Source: Limnothrix sp. BL-A-16 (GTDB lineage Bacteria > Cyanobacteriota > Cyanobacteriia > CACIAM-69d). From it: 64,000 nt of DNA. Below the pieces are notes generated by a model. That model made no database searches. It saw nothing but the letters and a program-made list of their open reading frames with translations, and was not told where the DNA came from. How positions within the stretch are numbered: the first letter of the stretch is position 1; each line of letters opens with the position of its first letter. Positions 21,693 through 30,267 of this stretch are shown piece by piece. The stretch covers positions 1,856,001 to 1,920,000 of the forward strand of contig CP166615.1 of NCBI GenBank assembly GCA_041937175.2, written 5' to 3'. A program made the position numbers and the translations under genes.

Positions 21693-22059
21693 AAAGCTAT
21701 TACATCAACGTAGATGTCAAGTTTCCAAGTTCTGAATAATCTTAACTGCGCGATCGACTCCATTTTCTGTGCGAATTCTTTGGCCTAACTCTGCTGCATG
21801 ATGGTGAATCTTGGGATCGTCAAGAACCTTTTAAATGGGTAATTTCTCGTTATTTCTAGTGATCTTGATTGATTTTCGTTGATTTTTTCGACTTCTATCA
21901 ATTTCTACTGATCTCTGACCGACTTTGATCGGTTTTGATCGATCGGTTAATGGATATCTCAGGGGAGATCTAAATTGAGGCTGGCTGGCTGGTCAGTTGC
22001 AGAGATTCAGAGGATTGGTTGCATAGGGATCGGGCGATCGCGCTAGAATCGGCTCCAAT

Positions 22060-22683
22060 GTGCTATTTCAAGGGCCGATGGGCAACACCACCGACTCCTG
22101 CATGTCCCAATACGATATTCCGGCGCTGATCGCTGGCTATTCGCGCGGCTATTTTTTAATGGCCGATGAAACGGGTAACGATTTGGGCTGGTATTGCAGC
22201 CGGGAGCGGACGCTGATTCCGCTAGACGATCGCTTCCGATATCCCAAGTCCCTGCGGCGAGTGCTGAATCAGAATCGGTTTACGGTGGCGATCGATCGAG
22301 CATTTCGGGATGTGGTGGAAGGCTGTGCCGATCGGGACACCACTTGGATCTCGGAAGAGCTAAAGGAAATTTATTGGGCGCTCCATTGCGCTGGCTATGC
22401 CCACAGTTTTGAAACCTGGCAGGGCGACCACCTGGCCGGCGGCATTTTGGGGATTGTGATTGGTGGGGCGTTCATTGGCGAATCGATGTTTTATCAAATT
22501 CCCGATGGCTCAAAGGTGGCAATGGTCAAGCTGGTTGAGCATCTGCGCCGTCGAGATTTTCTGTTGTTTGATGCCCAAATGATGAATCCACACTTGGAAC
22601 GATTTGGGGCTTACAACATCCGCGATCGCCACTATGAGGTGCTGTTGCATCGCGCAACCCAGCATCGCTGCTCATTTTGCTAG
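22060..22683 (+). CDS. aat: Leucyl/phenylalanyl-tRNA--protein transferase
   Basis: GY..GYF.MAD, TWIS, AHSFETW, LAGG.LG..IGGAFIGESMF, SKVA, DAQ..NPHLERFGA. Confidence 0.95.
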   Translation: MLFQGPMGNTTDSCMSQYDIPALIAGYSRGYFLMADETGNDLGWYCSRERTLIPLDDRFRYPKSLRRVLNQNRFTVAIDRAFRDVVEGCADRDTTWISEELKEIYWALHCAGYAHSFETWQGDHLAGGILGIVIGGAFIGESMFYQIPDGSKVAMVKLVEHLRRRDFLLFDAQMMNPHLERFGAYNIRDRHYEVLLHRATQHRCSFC

Positions 22684-22737
22684 ACCTTTTGCCAGGGGCT
22701 AGCAAAGCAGTTAGCCAGTTTGAAAAAGTCAGGAACC

Positions 22738-22775
22738 AAAAAGCGATCGACTCCCCTGTTTCAGGAATCGATCGC
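22738..22775 (-). terminator. Rho-independent terminator
   Basis: Minus strand GCGATCGATTCC...GGAGTCGATCGC followed by TTTTT, downstream of the 22863-23732 gene. Confidence 0.65.
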
Positions 22776-22862
22776 CTTGCTCAAAACGGCTAGTTCTGTT
22801 GGAATTCGCTCCGCAGGCTACCGCTCATTGGGCGGTAACCAATGGGGATCGATTGAGATCGA

Positions 22863-23732
22863 CTACCGACGGCGGAAGCTGCCAAAGCTCGATCGCATCC
22901 GCACGGGCGATCGCCCAAAGCTGCTGCCAAAGCTGCTGCGTGGCCGGGGAGCCGCCACGCGGCGGTTAGGGGTGCTGCGGAAGGTGCTGCTCCCAAAGCC
23001 GGAGCCAGTGGCCTTGGCTCGGTTGTTGGCGGCCGGGCGGTTCAGCCCCGTGGCGTTGCGAGCCACATTGCCGGTGGCGCGGAACTGCTGGCGGTTACGC
23101 TCAGCCACAGGGGCAGCGTTGTAGCGGTTTTGATAGCTGCTGATGGCATCACCGTAGCTGCGACCATAGCCGCCATAGCCCACCAAGGGGCGACCGGGCA
23201 GATAGGCGGGGGGCAACACGTAATGGGGCGCAAACAGAGCATTCGCCACCACTTGACCCGCGATCGCCCCCGCAAAGGGCGACCAGAAGCTAGACTCACG
23301 GCGAACAATCACCGTTTGTTGCTCACCCGTTTGGGGATTGGTTTGGACAGCGGTTTCGCTATGGAGATATTCGATTTTGAAGTCTTCGTTGAGGTACAGC
23401 ACGGGCTGACCATCTTTCATGGCCAGGTAGGGCTTTTTCCCTTGGGCGATCGCCTCGTCATCCAACCGGGCCATCTGCAACTCAGAGGTACGAAAAACCG
23501 GCGAAGCACCAGCGGGCGTGTTTAACAGCATCAGGGCATATTCCCCCGTGCCGTCGTCATAGGCGGCCTGCTGAACTGGATAGTCGCCCGTGGGCAGGGA
23601 TTTGGCAGCACTGGGCGCGGCGGCCACAATAGCGCTGGGCAAAGCTTCCGCCCGCACCACCATTGGTGAGCCGGTGATCGTGACCCAGGCGATCGCGATC
23701 GCCAGTACCAAAGCCAATAATTTTCGGAGCAT
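22863..23732 (-). CDS. Conserved cyanobacterial exported protein with Gly/Ser/Arg-rich tail
   Basis: N-terminal signal; YPVQQA.Y.D..GEY.LMLLNT, SSFWSPFAGA; tail GSGFGSS...SFGSFRRR. Confidence 0.8.
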   Translation of the reverse strand: MLRKLLALVLAIAIAWVTITGSPMVVRAEALPSAIVAAAPSAAKSLPTGDYPVQQAAYDDGTGEYALMLLNTPAGASPVFRTSELQMARLDDEAIAQGKKPYLAMKDGQPVLYLNEDFKIEYLHSETAVQTNPQTGEQQTVIVRRESSFWSPFAGAIAGQVVANALFAPHYVLPPAYLPGRPLVGYGGYGRSYGDAISSYQNRYNAAPVAERNRQQFRATGNVARNATGLNRPAANNRAKATGSGFGSSTFRSTPNRRVAAPRPRSSFGSSFGRSPVRMRSSFGSFRRR

Positions 23733-23999
23733 AGGGCTATCTCAAAACAACAAAATCACGCTTGAGGCCATTGGGCGGCCAAGAAGCTGAGTCCTGTGGG
23801 CCAAGCCGGCAATGGGCCAAGTCTGCAATCCGCCAGCAGCGAATCGATCGCGCGGTGACGGCCGAACCAAGGGCCGCAGCCCCAAAACAGCAAGCCAAAA
23901 CAGCAAGCAATCATTGATTAAAAAAGACCGACCCTGATTCCTCGGATTGCGATTCCGATGGGACGGCATTCCTCCAAAAGCCCCCCGAAGCGGGAGTTT

Positions 24000-24602
24000 C
24001 TACAGCGGAATCAGTTCTGGGAAATTTTGCAGGAGCTGATCATTCGTTAGCTCATCTCCCAGGCGGGCAGGGGCAAAGTGTACCTGCACGGCCCGCAATT
24101 TTTGATTGTAGTGGAGGTTTGCCAGGGCCTTGAGACCCGTTGCTAAGGCTTCAGAATCGGCCAAATTGGTTTCGAGGCTGGGGACTTCGCCTTCATAGCC
24201 CACCGTCAACATCACCAACAGGTTGCTCGTGGCCGGGAGGGTCAGCAGGTCGTCATCCAGTTGACTGGGCAAATCCAGGTCAGGTTGGCTGAGATAGCGG
24301 GCCGCCGAGTCGGTGAATAGATCATTGAACCGATCGCCCGCTTCTCCTTCATCCCAAAACACGTCCCCCTCATTGCTGGCGGACTGCCAATAGGTTCGAT
24401 ATTGCAGCAGGCTTTCGCAAAGGTCTGACAGGCCCTGGCCCAAAACGTCCAAGTCCCCTTCCGCTTCGATCGCCTCCCGCGCAATTTGGTTGAGCTTGCC
24501 CAGCAAGGGGGCCACTTCTGACCCAGCTAGATGCACAAAAATGCGGGTGACGACGAAGCGGCTTTTGCCCGTCAGTCGATTCCACTGATCACCTAAACTC
24601 AT
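24000..24602 (-). CDS. DUF1517-like protein
   Basis: GKSRFVV.R.F.HL.G.EVAPLLG.LN, YWQSA.NEGDVFW.EGEA, LTND.LL.NFPEL.PL. Confidence 0.75.
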   Translation of the reverse strand: MSLGDQWNRLTGKSRFVVTRIFVHLAGSEVAPLLGKLNQIAREAIEAEGDLDVLGQGLSDLCESLLQYRTYWQSASNEGDVFWDEGEAGDRFNDLFTDSAARYLSQPDLDLPSQLDDDLLTLPATSNLLVMLTVGYEGEVPSLETNLADSEALATGLKALANLHYNQKLRAVQVHFAPARLGDELTNDQLLQNFPELIPL

Positions 24603-24959
24603 GGTTCTGGAACGCCGTTGACGCGATGTTGACGCGGTACTGATTCGGTCTTGATTCGGTACTGATTCGAGATCAAATCAATACGGTTTGAATGCAAATT
24701 GAATGCAAAGGGAGTGGCTCAAACTCCAAAAGCGTGCAAGCCTTGGCTTGCTTACTGTCCAGCTTATCCTGTGGAGCAGGGGTGGCTCTGGCGAGATAAC
24801 CGACCGCTGGCCGGCCTAGCGGAATGATGGCCGATCGGGTATCGACTGCGTTGAATTCCTGAAGTGCGGTGGGGCGAGGGGGAGTTTTAGGGAAGCGATC
24901 GATCGCGCGATCGGGGCACATGGACAGCGTTTGGGCGATGATTCGGCGGTAGTCGGGAT

Positions 24960-25715
24960 TTGGGAATGGTGAAAGGTGTGCGGAGTGGCTGGCGAGCGAT
25001 CGGGTTGGTGGGCTGTCTGGGATGGCTGTGGGGTGGAATCCTGACCCCAGCCGGGGCCAAGCCGGGGCCGGTGGTGCAAGCGCCCCAAACGCCCTTGGAC
25101 TGGCGTTACCAATATCGCAAAGTGCGCCATCCCCAAGGCTTTTGGGCGATCGAACTGCCGATCGATTGGAATATGCCGCTCCATCGGGATTATCACTCGG
25201 TGTTCTATAGCGAGCCGATCGCCCCGTCGCAGGGGTTACAACCCAAACCCCTGCCCCGATCGCTGATTCGGTTGGATTTGGTGCTGCTAGATCAATCCAT
25301 AGCAGCGGCGGAAACGGATTTAACCACCCGAGCAGAAGCGGCAGGACTGACCTTAACCGAGCGATCGACCCTGCGCTTGGCCGGGCGATCGGCTGTGCGA
25401 ATGGTTTTAGATCAAGTGATTTCAGATCAAGTGATTTCGGAGGCAAAAGACACAAAACCAGAAGCGGGCCCAGAGTTCGATCGCACCTGGTTCACCTTGA
25501 TTCCCGTCACCCCGCGCTTGAGTTTGTTGCTGGTGGGTAGCTATAACCCCCGCGACAATCCGATGGCGGAGGCGGTGCTAACCAAAATTCACCGCTCGAT
25601 CGAGCTGTTTTTTGAGCAACCCACCGACATACGCACGCCGGCCCAGCAGTTGCTCCCCCTGGAGTTGCCGCCCTTGGAAAATTCACCCAGCGATCGAGAA
25701 CCCCAAACCCCCTAG
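24960..25715 (+). CDS. Hypothetical exported protein, possibly PsbP/Mog1-like fold
   Basis: Signal-like N-terminus; AIELP.DW and L.LAG.SAVR pattern; assignment weak. Confidence 0.5.
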   Translation: MGMVKGVRSGWRAIGLVGCLGWLWGGILTPAGAKPGPVVQAPQTPLDWRYQYRKVRHPQGFWAIELPIDWNMPLHRDYHSVFYSEPIAPSQGLQPKPLPRSLIRLDLVLLDQSIAAAETDLTTRAEAAGLTLTERSTLRLAGRSAVRMVLDQVISDQVISEAKDTKPEAGPEFDRTWFTLIPVTPRLSLLLVGSYNPRDNPMAEAVLTKIHRSIELFFEQPTDIRTPAQQLLPLELPPLENSPSDREPQTP

Positions 25716-25856
25716 TACCATGACAGGCTTAATACATTGGGCCAAAGTTGCGGAGCCAGTCGTGGTAACAAGGGGCTTGAGCATCTTGCTGCTTAACGAT
25801 CAGGTGACGGTAACAGCCATGTGATTTAACTCAGCGAATTAAGGCAGCCACGCTAC
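25715..25856. mobile_element. MITE-like element, family C, flanked by TA within CTAG, carrying a palindrome variant at 25769-25788
   Basis: CTAGTACCATGACAGGCTTAAT ... ATTAAGGCAGCCACGCTACTAG is a 17/22 inverted match; 142 bp between the TA dinucleotides. Confidence 0.55.
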
Positions 25857-25926
25857 TAGAAATAATCCAATTCAAAACAACTCAAAATAATCCAACTCAA
25901 AACAATCCAAACTATCAAAACCATCG

Positions 25927-25958
25927 AAAAAGGGGCGATCGAGAAGTTCGATCGCCCC
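25927..25958 (-). terminator. Rho-independent terminator after purF
   Basis: Minus strand GGGGCGATCGA-acttc-TCGATCGCCCC-TTTTT. Confidence 0.75.
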
Positions 25959-25990
25959 GCTGGTTAATCCTTAGTTAATTCATTGGTGAT

Positions 25991-27571
25991 TCAGGAACCC
26001 ACCGTGGCCGGTTCCAGCTTTTCCAACATCAGCTTCGATCGCTTCAACATGGCTGGCACTGGAATTGGGTAGCGACCATTGAAACAAGCCGTGCAGAAAT
26101 TCTGCGTAGCATCTTGGGTCGCTTCCAGCATCCCTTCTTCGCTCAGGTAAGCCAGCGTATCCACACCAATTTGATCGGCAATTTCCTGCACCGACTTGGT
26201 GGCCGCAATCAATTGCGATTGGTTATCCGTGTCGATGCCGTAGAAGCAAGGATGGGTGACCGGCGGCGAAGAAATGCGCATGTGAACTTCCGTGGCTCCC
26301 GCATCCCGCAAGGCTTTTACGATCTTGCGGCTGGTGGTTCCCCGGACGATCGAATCATCCACAATCACCACTCGCTTGCCCGCGAGCACATCCCGCAGCG
26401 GGTTTAGCTTCATCCGAATTCCCGACTCCCGCATGGTTTGGGTCGGTTGAATGAAGGTGCGGCCCACGTAGCGGTTTTTGATCAACCCTTCGGCGTAGGT
26501 GATGCCCGAAATTTGGGAATAGCCGATCGCGGCAGGAACACCGGAATCGGGCACAGCAATCACAATGTCCGCATCGATCGGGGTTTCGATCGCCAAGCGC
26601 CGTCCCAACCGCATTCGATAGCTGTAAAGGCTGTCGTTGTGGAACTTGCTGTCTGGGCGAGCGAAATAGATCATCTCAAAAACGCACAGTTTCGGCTCCG
26701 GCTGCGTGGCCCAAAAGAAGGAGGCGAGACCATCGTTCGTGATCCAAACCATTTCCCCCGGTTCCACATCCCGCAGATATTCCGCGCCGATGATGTCTAG
26801 GGCGCAGGTTTCCGAAGCCAGCACATAGCGCTCGGGCGCACCGGGCAGCGTGCCAATCACCAGCGGCCGCACGCCATTGGTGTCGCGGGTGCCGATCATG
26901 CCGTCGGGAGTGCCAATGACCAAACTGAAGGCCCCTTGGCATTGCTGGAAAGCGCGAATGGCTCCTTCCATCCAACCCAAACCGCTGTCCACCTCTTGGC
27001 CAATGGCGATCGCGATCGCCTCGGAATCCGTGGTGGTGGCAAACTCACAGTTACGGGCGGCCAAGGAATCCCGCAGTTCCGCTGTGTTCACCAAGTTGCC
27101 ATTGTGGGCCAGGGCCAAAGACCCCAAACGCGTTTTCACCACGGCCGGTTGCGCATTGACGCGCCGGCTAGATCCGGTGGTGGAGTAGCGGGTGTGGCCC
27201 ACGGCCAAATTTCCCGGTAGCTCTTGCAGGATTTTTTCGTTGAAGACTTGCGAAACGAGGCCCATATCCTTGTGGACATGTACCGTTGAGCCATCAAAGG
27301 TGGCAATCCCCGCTGATTCTTGACCCCGGTGCTGGAGAGCAAAAAGGCCAAAATAGGCAAGGGTGGCGACGTTTTCGCCCGGCGCGTAAACCCCAAAAAC
27401 GCCACAGGCTTCTTCGGGTTTGTCGGGCCGATCGCCCATCAGATCGAACAGGTCTTCAGACTCGGAGGGAAACATTGGGCGACAATGACTCCTAGCAGCA
27501 AGAGCGGGTGAATTAGCAAAAAGACGGTCGGAATCGTGGTCGAGTGAGGCTGGCGCGAGTAGTTGGCGCAA
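25991..27571 (-). CDS. purF: Amidophosphoribosyltransferase (true start probably internal)
   Basis: EEACGVFG, LQHRGQESAG, GHTRYST, AHNGNL, VDDSIVRGTTS, PCFYGID, CTACF. Confidence 0.97.
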   Translation of the reverse strand: MRQLLAPASLDHDSDRLFANSPALAARSHCRPMFPSESEDLFDLMGDRPDKPEEACGVFGVYAPGENVATLAYFGLFALQHRGQESAGIATFDGSTVHVHKDMGLVSQVFNEKILQELPGNLAVGHTRYSTTGSSRRVNAQPAVVKTRLGSLALAHNGNLVNTAELRDSLAARNCEFATTTDSEAIAIAIGQEVDSGLGWMEGAIRAFQQCQGAFSLVIGTPDGMIGTRDTNGVRPLVIGTLPGAPERYVLASETCALDIIGAEYLRDVEPGEMVWITNDGLASFFWATQPEPKLCVFEMIYFARPDSKFHNDSLYSYRMRLGRRLAIETPIDADIVIAVPDSGVPAAIGYSQISGITYAEGLIKNRYVGRTFIQPTQTMRESGIRMKLNPLRDVLAGKRVVIVDDSIVRGTTSRKIVKALRDAGATEVHMRISSPPVTHPCFYGIDTDNQSQLIAATKSVQEIADQIGVDTLAYLSEEGMLEATQDATQNFCTACFNGRYPIPVPAMLKRSKLMLEKLEPATVGS

Positions 27572-27776
27572 CGGTTCCTAAGCCAGGTCATCCCTGGTGC
27601 AGCGATTGGAAGCCAAAAAAAATCGGCTACTCAGGAAGTTAACAAGCTCTTAACGATCCCGCCTTAACAGTAACAGAAGTTGCGGAATCGATCGGCTGTG
27701 GCGATGGCGAATTCAGGACGAGTCCTTGGGAAATATCGATCGCCCGGTAGAAACCCAGAATTCCGGTAGGTTTCAA

Positions 27777-27804
27777 GTAGGGGCGTACGGCCGATCGCCC
27801 CTAC
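27777..27804. repeat. GTAG-type REP-like hairpin between purL and purF
   Basis: GTAGGGGCG-N10-CGCCCCTAC. Confidence 0.55.
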
Positions 27805-27814
27805 CCGATCGCCC

Positions 27815-30211
27815 CTAGACCAACCGCTCCATGCGACGGGCGATCGCCTCGCTCCAACCTTCGGTCATGGTGGCCAGGGCTGCATCCAGGGCCGTTGCGC
27901 CATCCGGTGCGTTGATCACCAGCCGATCGCCCCCGACGGTTCCCAGTTGGGCCCAGTCGGAGCCGAGCTGTTCCGTCAGCCAGGTTTCAAACTCAGCCGC
28001 CCGATCGCCCGCCACGGACACCACGATCCGCGCGCCGCCTTCGCCAAACAGGGCCGCATCCCAGCGATCGCTCCCGGGGTCGATCGTCACCGTTGCGCCC
28101 AGGTTGCCGCTAATGCAGGACTCGGCCAGGGTGACGGCTAGGCCACCTTCGGCGCAGTCGTGGGCCGATCGAATCCAGCCCTGGCGAATCCCGTTGCGGC
28201 AAGCGGCTTGCACGGCTCGCTCCCGATCGAACTCCACCACGGGCGGCCGACCGGCGATCGTGTTGTGAATCGCCGCCAAATAATCTGACGCGCCCAGGGT
28301 TACGGGAGCTGTTGCCCCCAGCAGATAAATCCGATCGCCGGCCGACTGGAAGCCCTGGCCCGTCACCGTGGCGATGTCCTCCACCAAACCGACCATCCCC
28401 ACAACCGGTGTGGGATAGATCGATTGGGGTTTGCCCTCGGAATCTAGGGTTTCGTTGTAGAGCGACACGTTGCCGCCCGTGACCGGCGTGCCCAGTTCCC
28501 GGCAGGCATCGGCCAGGCCGCGGCAAGCATTGGCCAACTGCCAATAGCCCACGGGTTTTTCGGGGCTGCCGAAGTTGAGGTTATCGGTCACGGCCAGCGG
28601 TTCCGCTCCCACACAGGACAGGTTGCGGGCCGCCTCCGCCACCACGCCCAAAGCCCCTTGGTAGGGATCGAGGTACACATGGCGGGCGTTGCAATCCACC
28701 GTGGCCGCCACGCCCTTGGTGAAGGGGGTCGTCGCGTCGGTCACGAGTTGGGGCCGCAGCCGCACCACCGCCGCATCGGCCCCACCGGGCACAATCACCG
28801 TGTTGTTTTGTACCTGGTGATCGTACTGACGATAGACCCAGGATTTCGAGGCGATCGAGGGGGTTTCCAGCAGGCTTTGCAGCACCGCGCTCCAGGGGCG
28901 ATCGGGCAGTCCCGCCACGGAACAAGCAGGTAACGAGTCCGGCGACCAAGCCCAAGCCTGTTGCGCGTAGTCCGGTGCTTCCGCCATCAGTTCCCGGCGA
29001 TAGATCGGGGTGTTATCTGCCAGGGCCGTCGCCGGAATTTCCGCCGCGATCGCACCCTGGAACCGGATACGGACGATCGGCTCTTCGATCACTTCCCCGG
29101 CCACCACCGCTTGCAGGCCCCAACGGTGGAAGATGTCGATCAGTTCCTGTTCGCGGCCTTTGTGCGCCACAAACAACATCCGCTCCTGGGATTCCGACAG
29201 CAGATATTCGTAGGGAACCATCCCCGACTCGCGCACGGGGATTTTGTCGAGATCCAAATCGATGCCCACGCCGCCCTTGGCCGCCATTTCTGCCGTGGAG
29301 CAGGTGATACCCGCCGCGCCCATATCCTGGGCCGCCGCCACTGCACCGGTTTTGAAGGCTTCGAGGCAGGCTTCGATCAGGGATTTTTCGAGGAACGGAT
29401 CGCCCACCTGCACGGCCGGGCGATCGTCCATGGATTCATCGGTTAGCTCCGCGCTGGCAAAGCTGGCCCCACCCATGCCGTCGCGGCCGGTGGTTGACCC
29501 CACGTACAGCACCGGGTTGCCGATCCCATAGGCTCCCGCCTTGACGATTTCCGGCGTTTCCATCAGCCCCAGGGCCATGGCATTCACCAGCGGGTTGCCG
29601 CTGTAGGCGGGGTCAAAATAGACCTCACCGCCGACGGTCGGCACGCCCACGCAGTTGCCGTAGTGGGAAATGCCGGCCACCACCCCTTCAAACAGGCGGC
29701 GGTTACGCGCGTCATCCAGGGAGCCAAACCGCAGGGCATTGAGAATGGCGATCGGGCGGGCCCCCATGGTGAAGATGTCCCGCAGGATGCCGCCCACGCC
29801 GGTCGCCGCCCCCTGGAAGGGTTCCACGGCGGACGGGTGGTTGTGGGATTCGATCTTGAAGGCCAGGTGCAGCCCATCGCCGAGATCCACCACGCCAGCG
29901 TTTTCGCCGGGGCCCACGAGGATGCGCGGACCGCTGGTGGGAAATTGGCTAAGCAGGGGGCGAGAATTCTTGTAGCAGCAGTGTTCCGACCACATCACGC
30001 CAAACATCCCCAGTTCGGCTTTGTTGGGGTGGCGGCCCAGTCGATTCACAATATCGACGTATTCATCGGGCTTGATGCCTTCGGCGGTGATTTCAGCGAT
30101 CGGGAAGGGTGCGGATTCGAGAACGGTTTCGGGGGTTGACACGGCTTTGGTGGCGCGATTCAGAAAGCGCCCTAATTGTACAACCGAGGCGATCGGCGGG
30201 CCCGCCCCCAC
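27815..30211 (-). CDS. purL: Phosphoribosylformylglycinamidine synthase subunit PurL (start probably GTG near 30139)
   Basis: [57 protein letters not shown]. Confidence 0.97.
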   Translation of the reverse strand: MGAGPPIASVVQLGRFLNRATKAVSTPETVLESAPFPIAEITAEGIKPDEYVDIVNRLGRHPNKAELGMFGVMWSEHCCYKNSRPLLSQFPTSGPRILVGPGENAGVVDLGDGLHLAFKIESHNHPSAVEPFQGAATGVGGILRDIFTMGARPIAILNALRFGSLDDARNRRLFEGVVAGISHYGNCVGVPTVGGEVYFDPAYSGNPLVNAMALGLMETPEIVKAGAYGIGNPVLYVGSTTGRDGMGGASFASAELTDESMDDRPAVQVGDPFLEKSLIEACLEAFKTGAVAAAQDMGAAGITCSTAEMAAKGGVGIDLDLDKIPVRESGMVPYEYLLSESQERMLFVAHKGREQELIDIFHRWGLQAVVAGEVIEEPIVRIRFQGAIAAEIPATALADNTPIYRRELMAEAPDYAQQAWAWSPDSLPACSVAGLPDRPWSAVLQSLLETPSIASKSWVYRQYDHQVQNNTVIVPGGADAAVVRLRPQLVTDATTPFTKGVAATVDCNARHVYLDPYQGALGVVAEAARNLSCVGAEPLAVTDNLNFGSPEKPVGYWQLANACRGLADACRELGTPVTGGNVSLYNETLDSEGKPQSIYPTPVVGMVGLVEDIATVTGQGFQSAGDRIYLLGATAPVTLGASDYLAAIHNTIAGRPPVVEFDRERAVQAACRNGIRQGWIRSAHDCAEGGLAVTLAESCISGNLGATVTIDPGSDRWDAALFGEGGARIVVSVAGDRAAEFETWLTEQLGSDWAQLGTVGGDRLVINAPDGATALDAALATMTEGWSEAIARRMERLV

Positions 30212-30267
30212 CCCCAGGGGCGATTGACACTATCCCTCAGTCAACACTGTGCTAACACGTAGCTTTT

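Noticed and set aside
2604..22683. clpS and aat as an N-degron pathway cluster
   Set aside because: They are 19 kb apart with unrelated genes between; co-location is likely incidental.
24673..25455. 260-aa minus-strand ORF
   Set aside because: Pro/Arg/Ser-rich shadow of the plus-strand exported protein gene.
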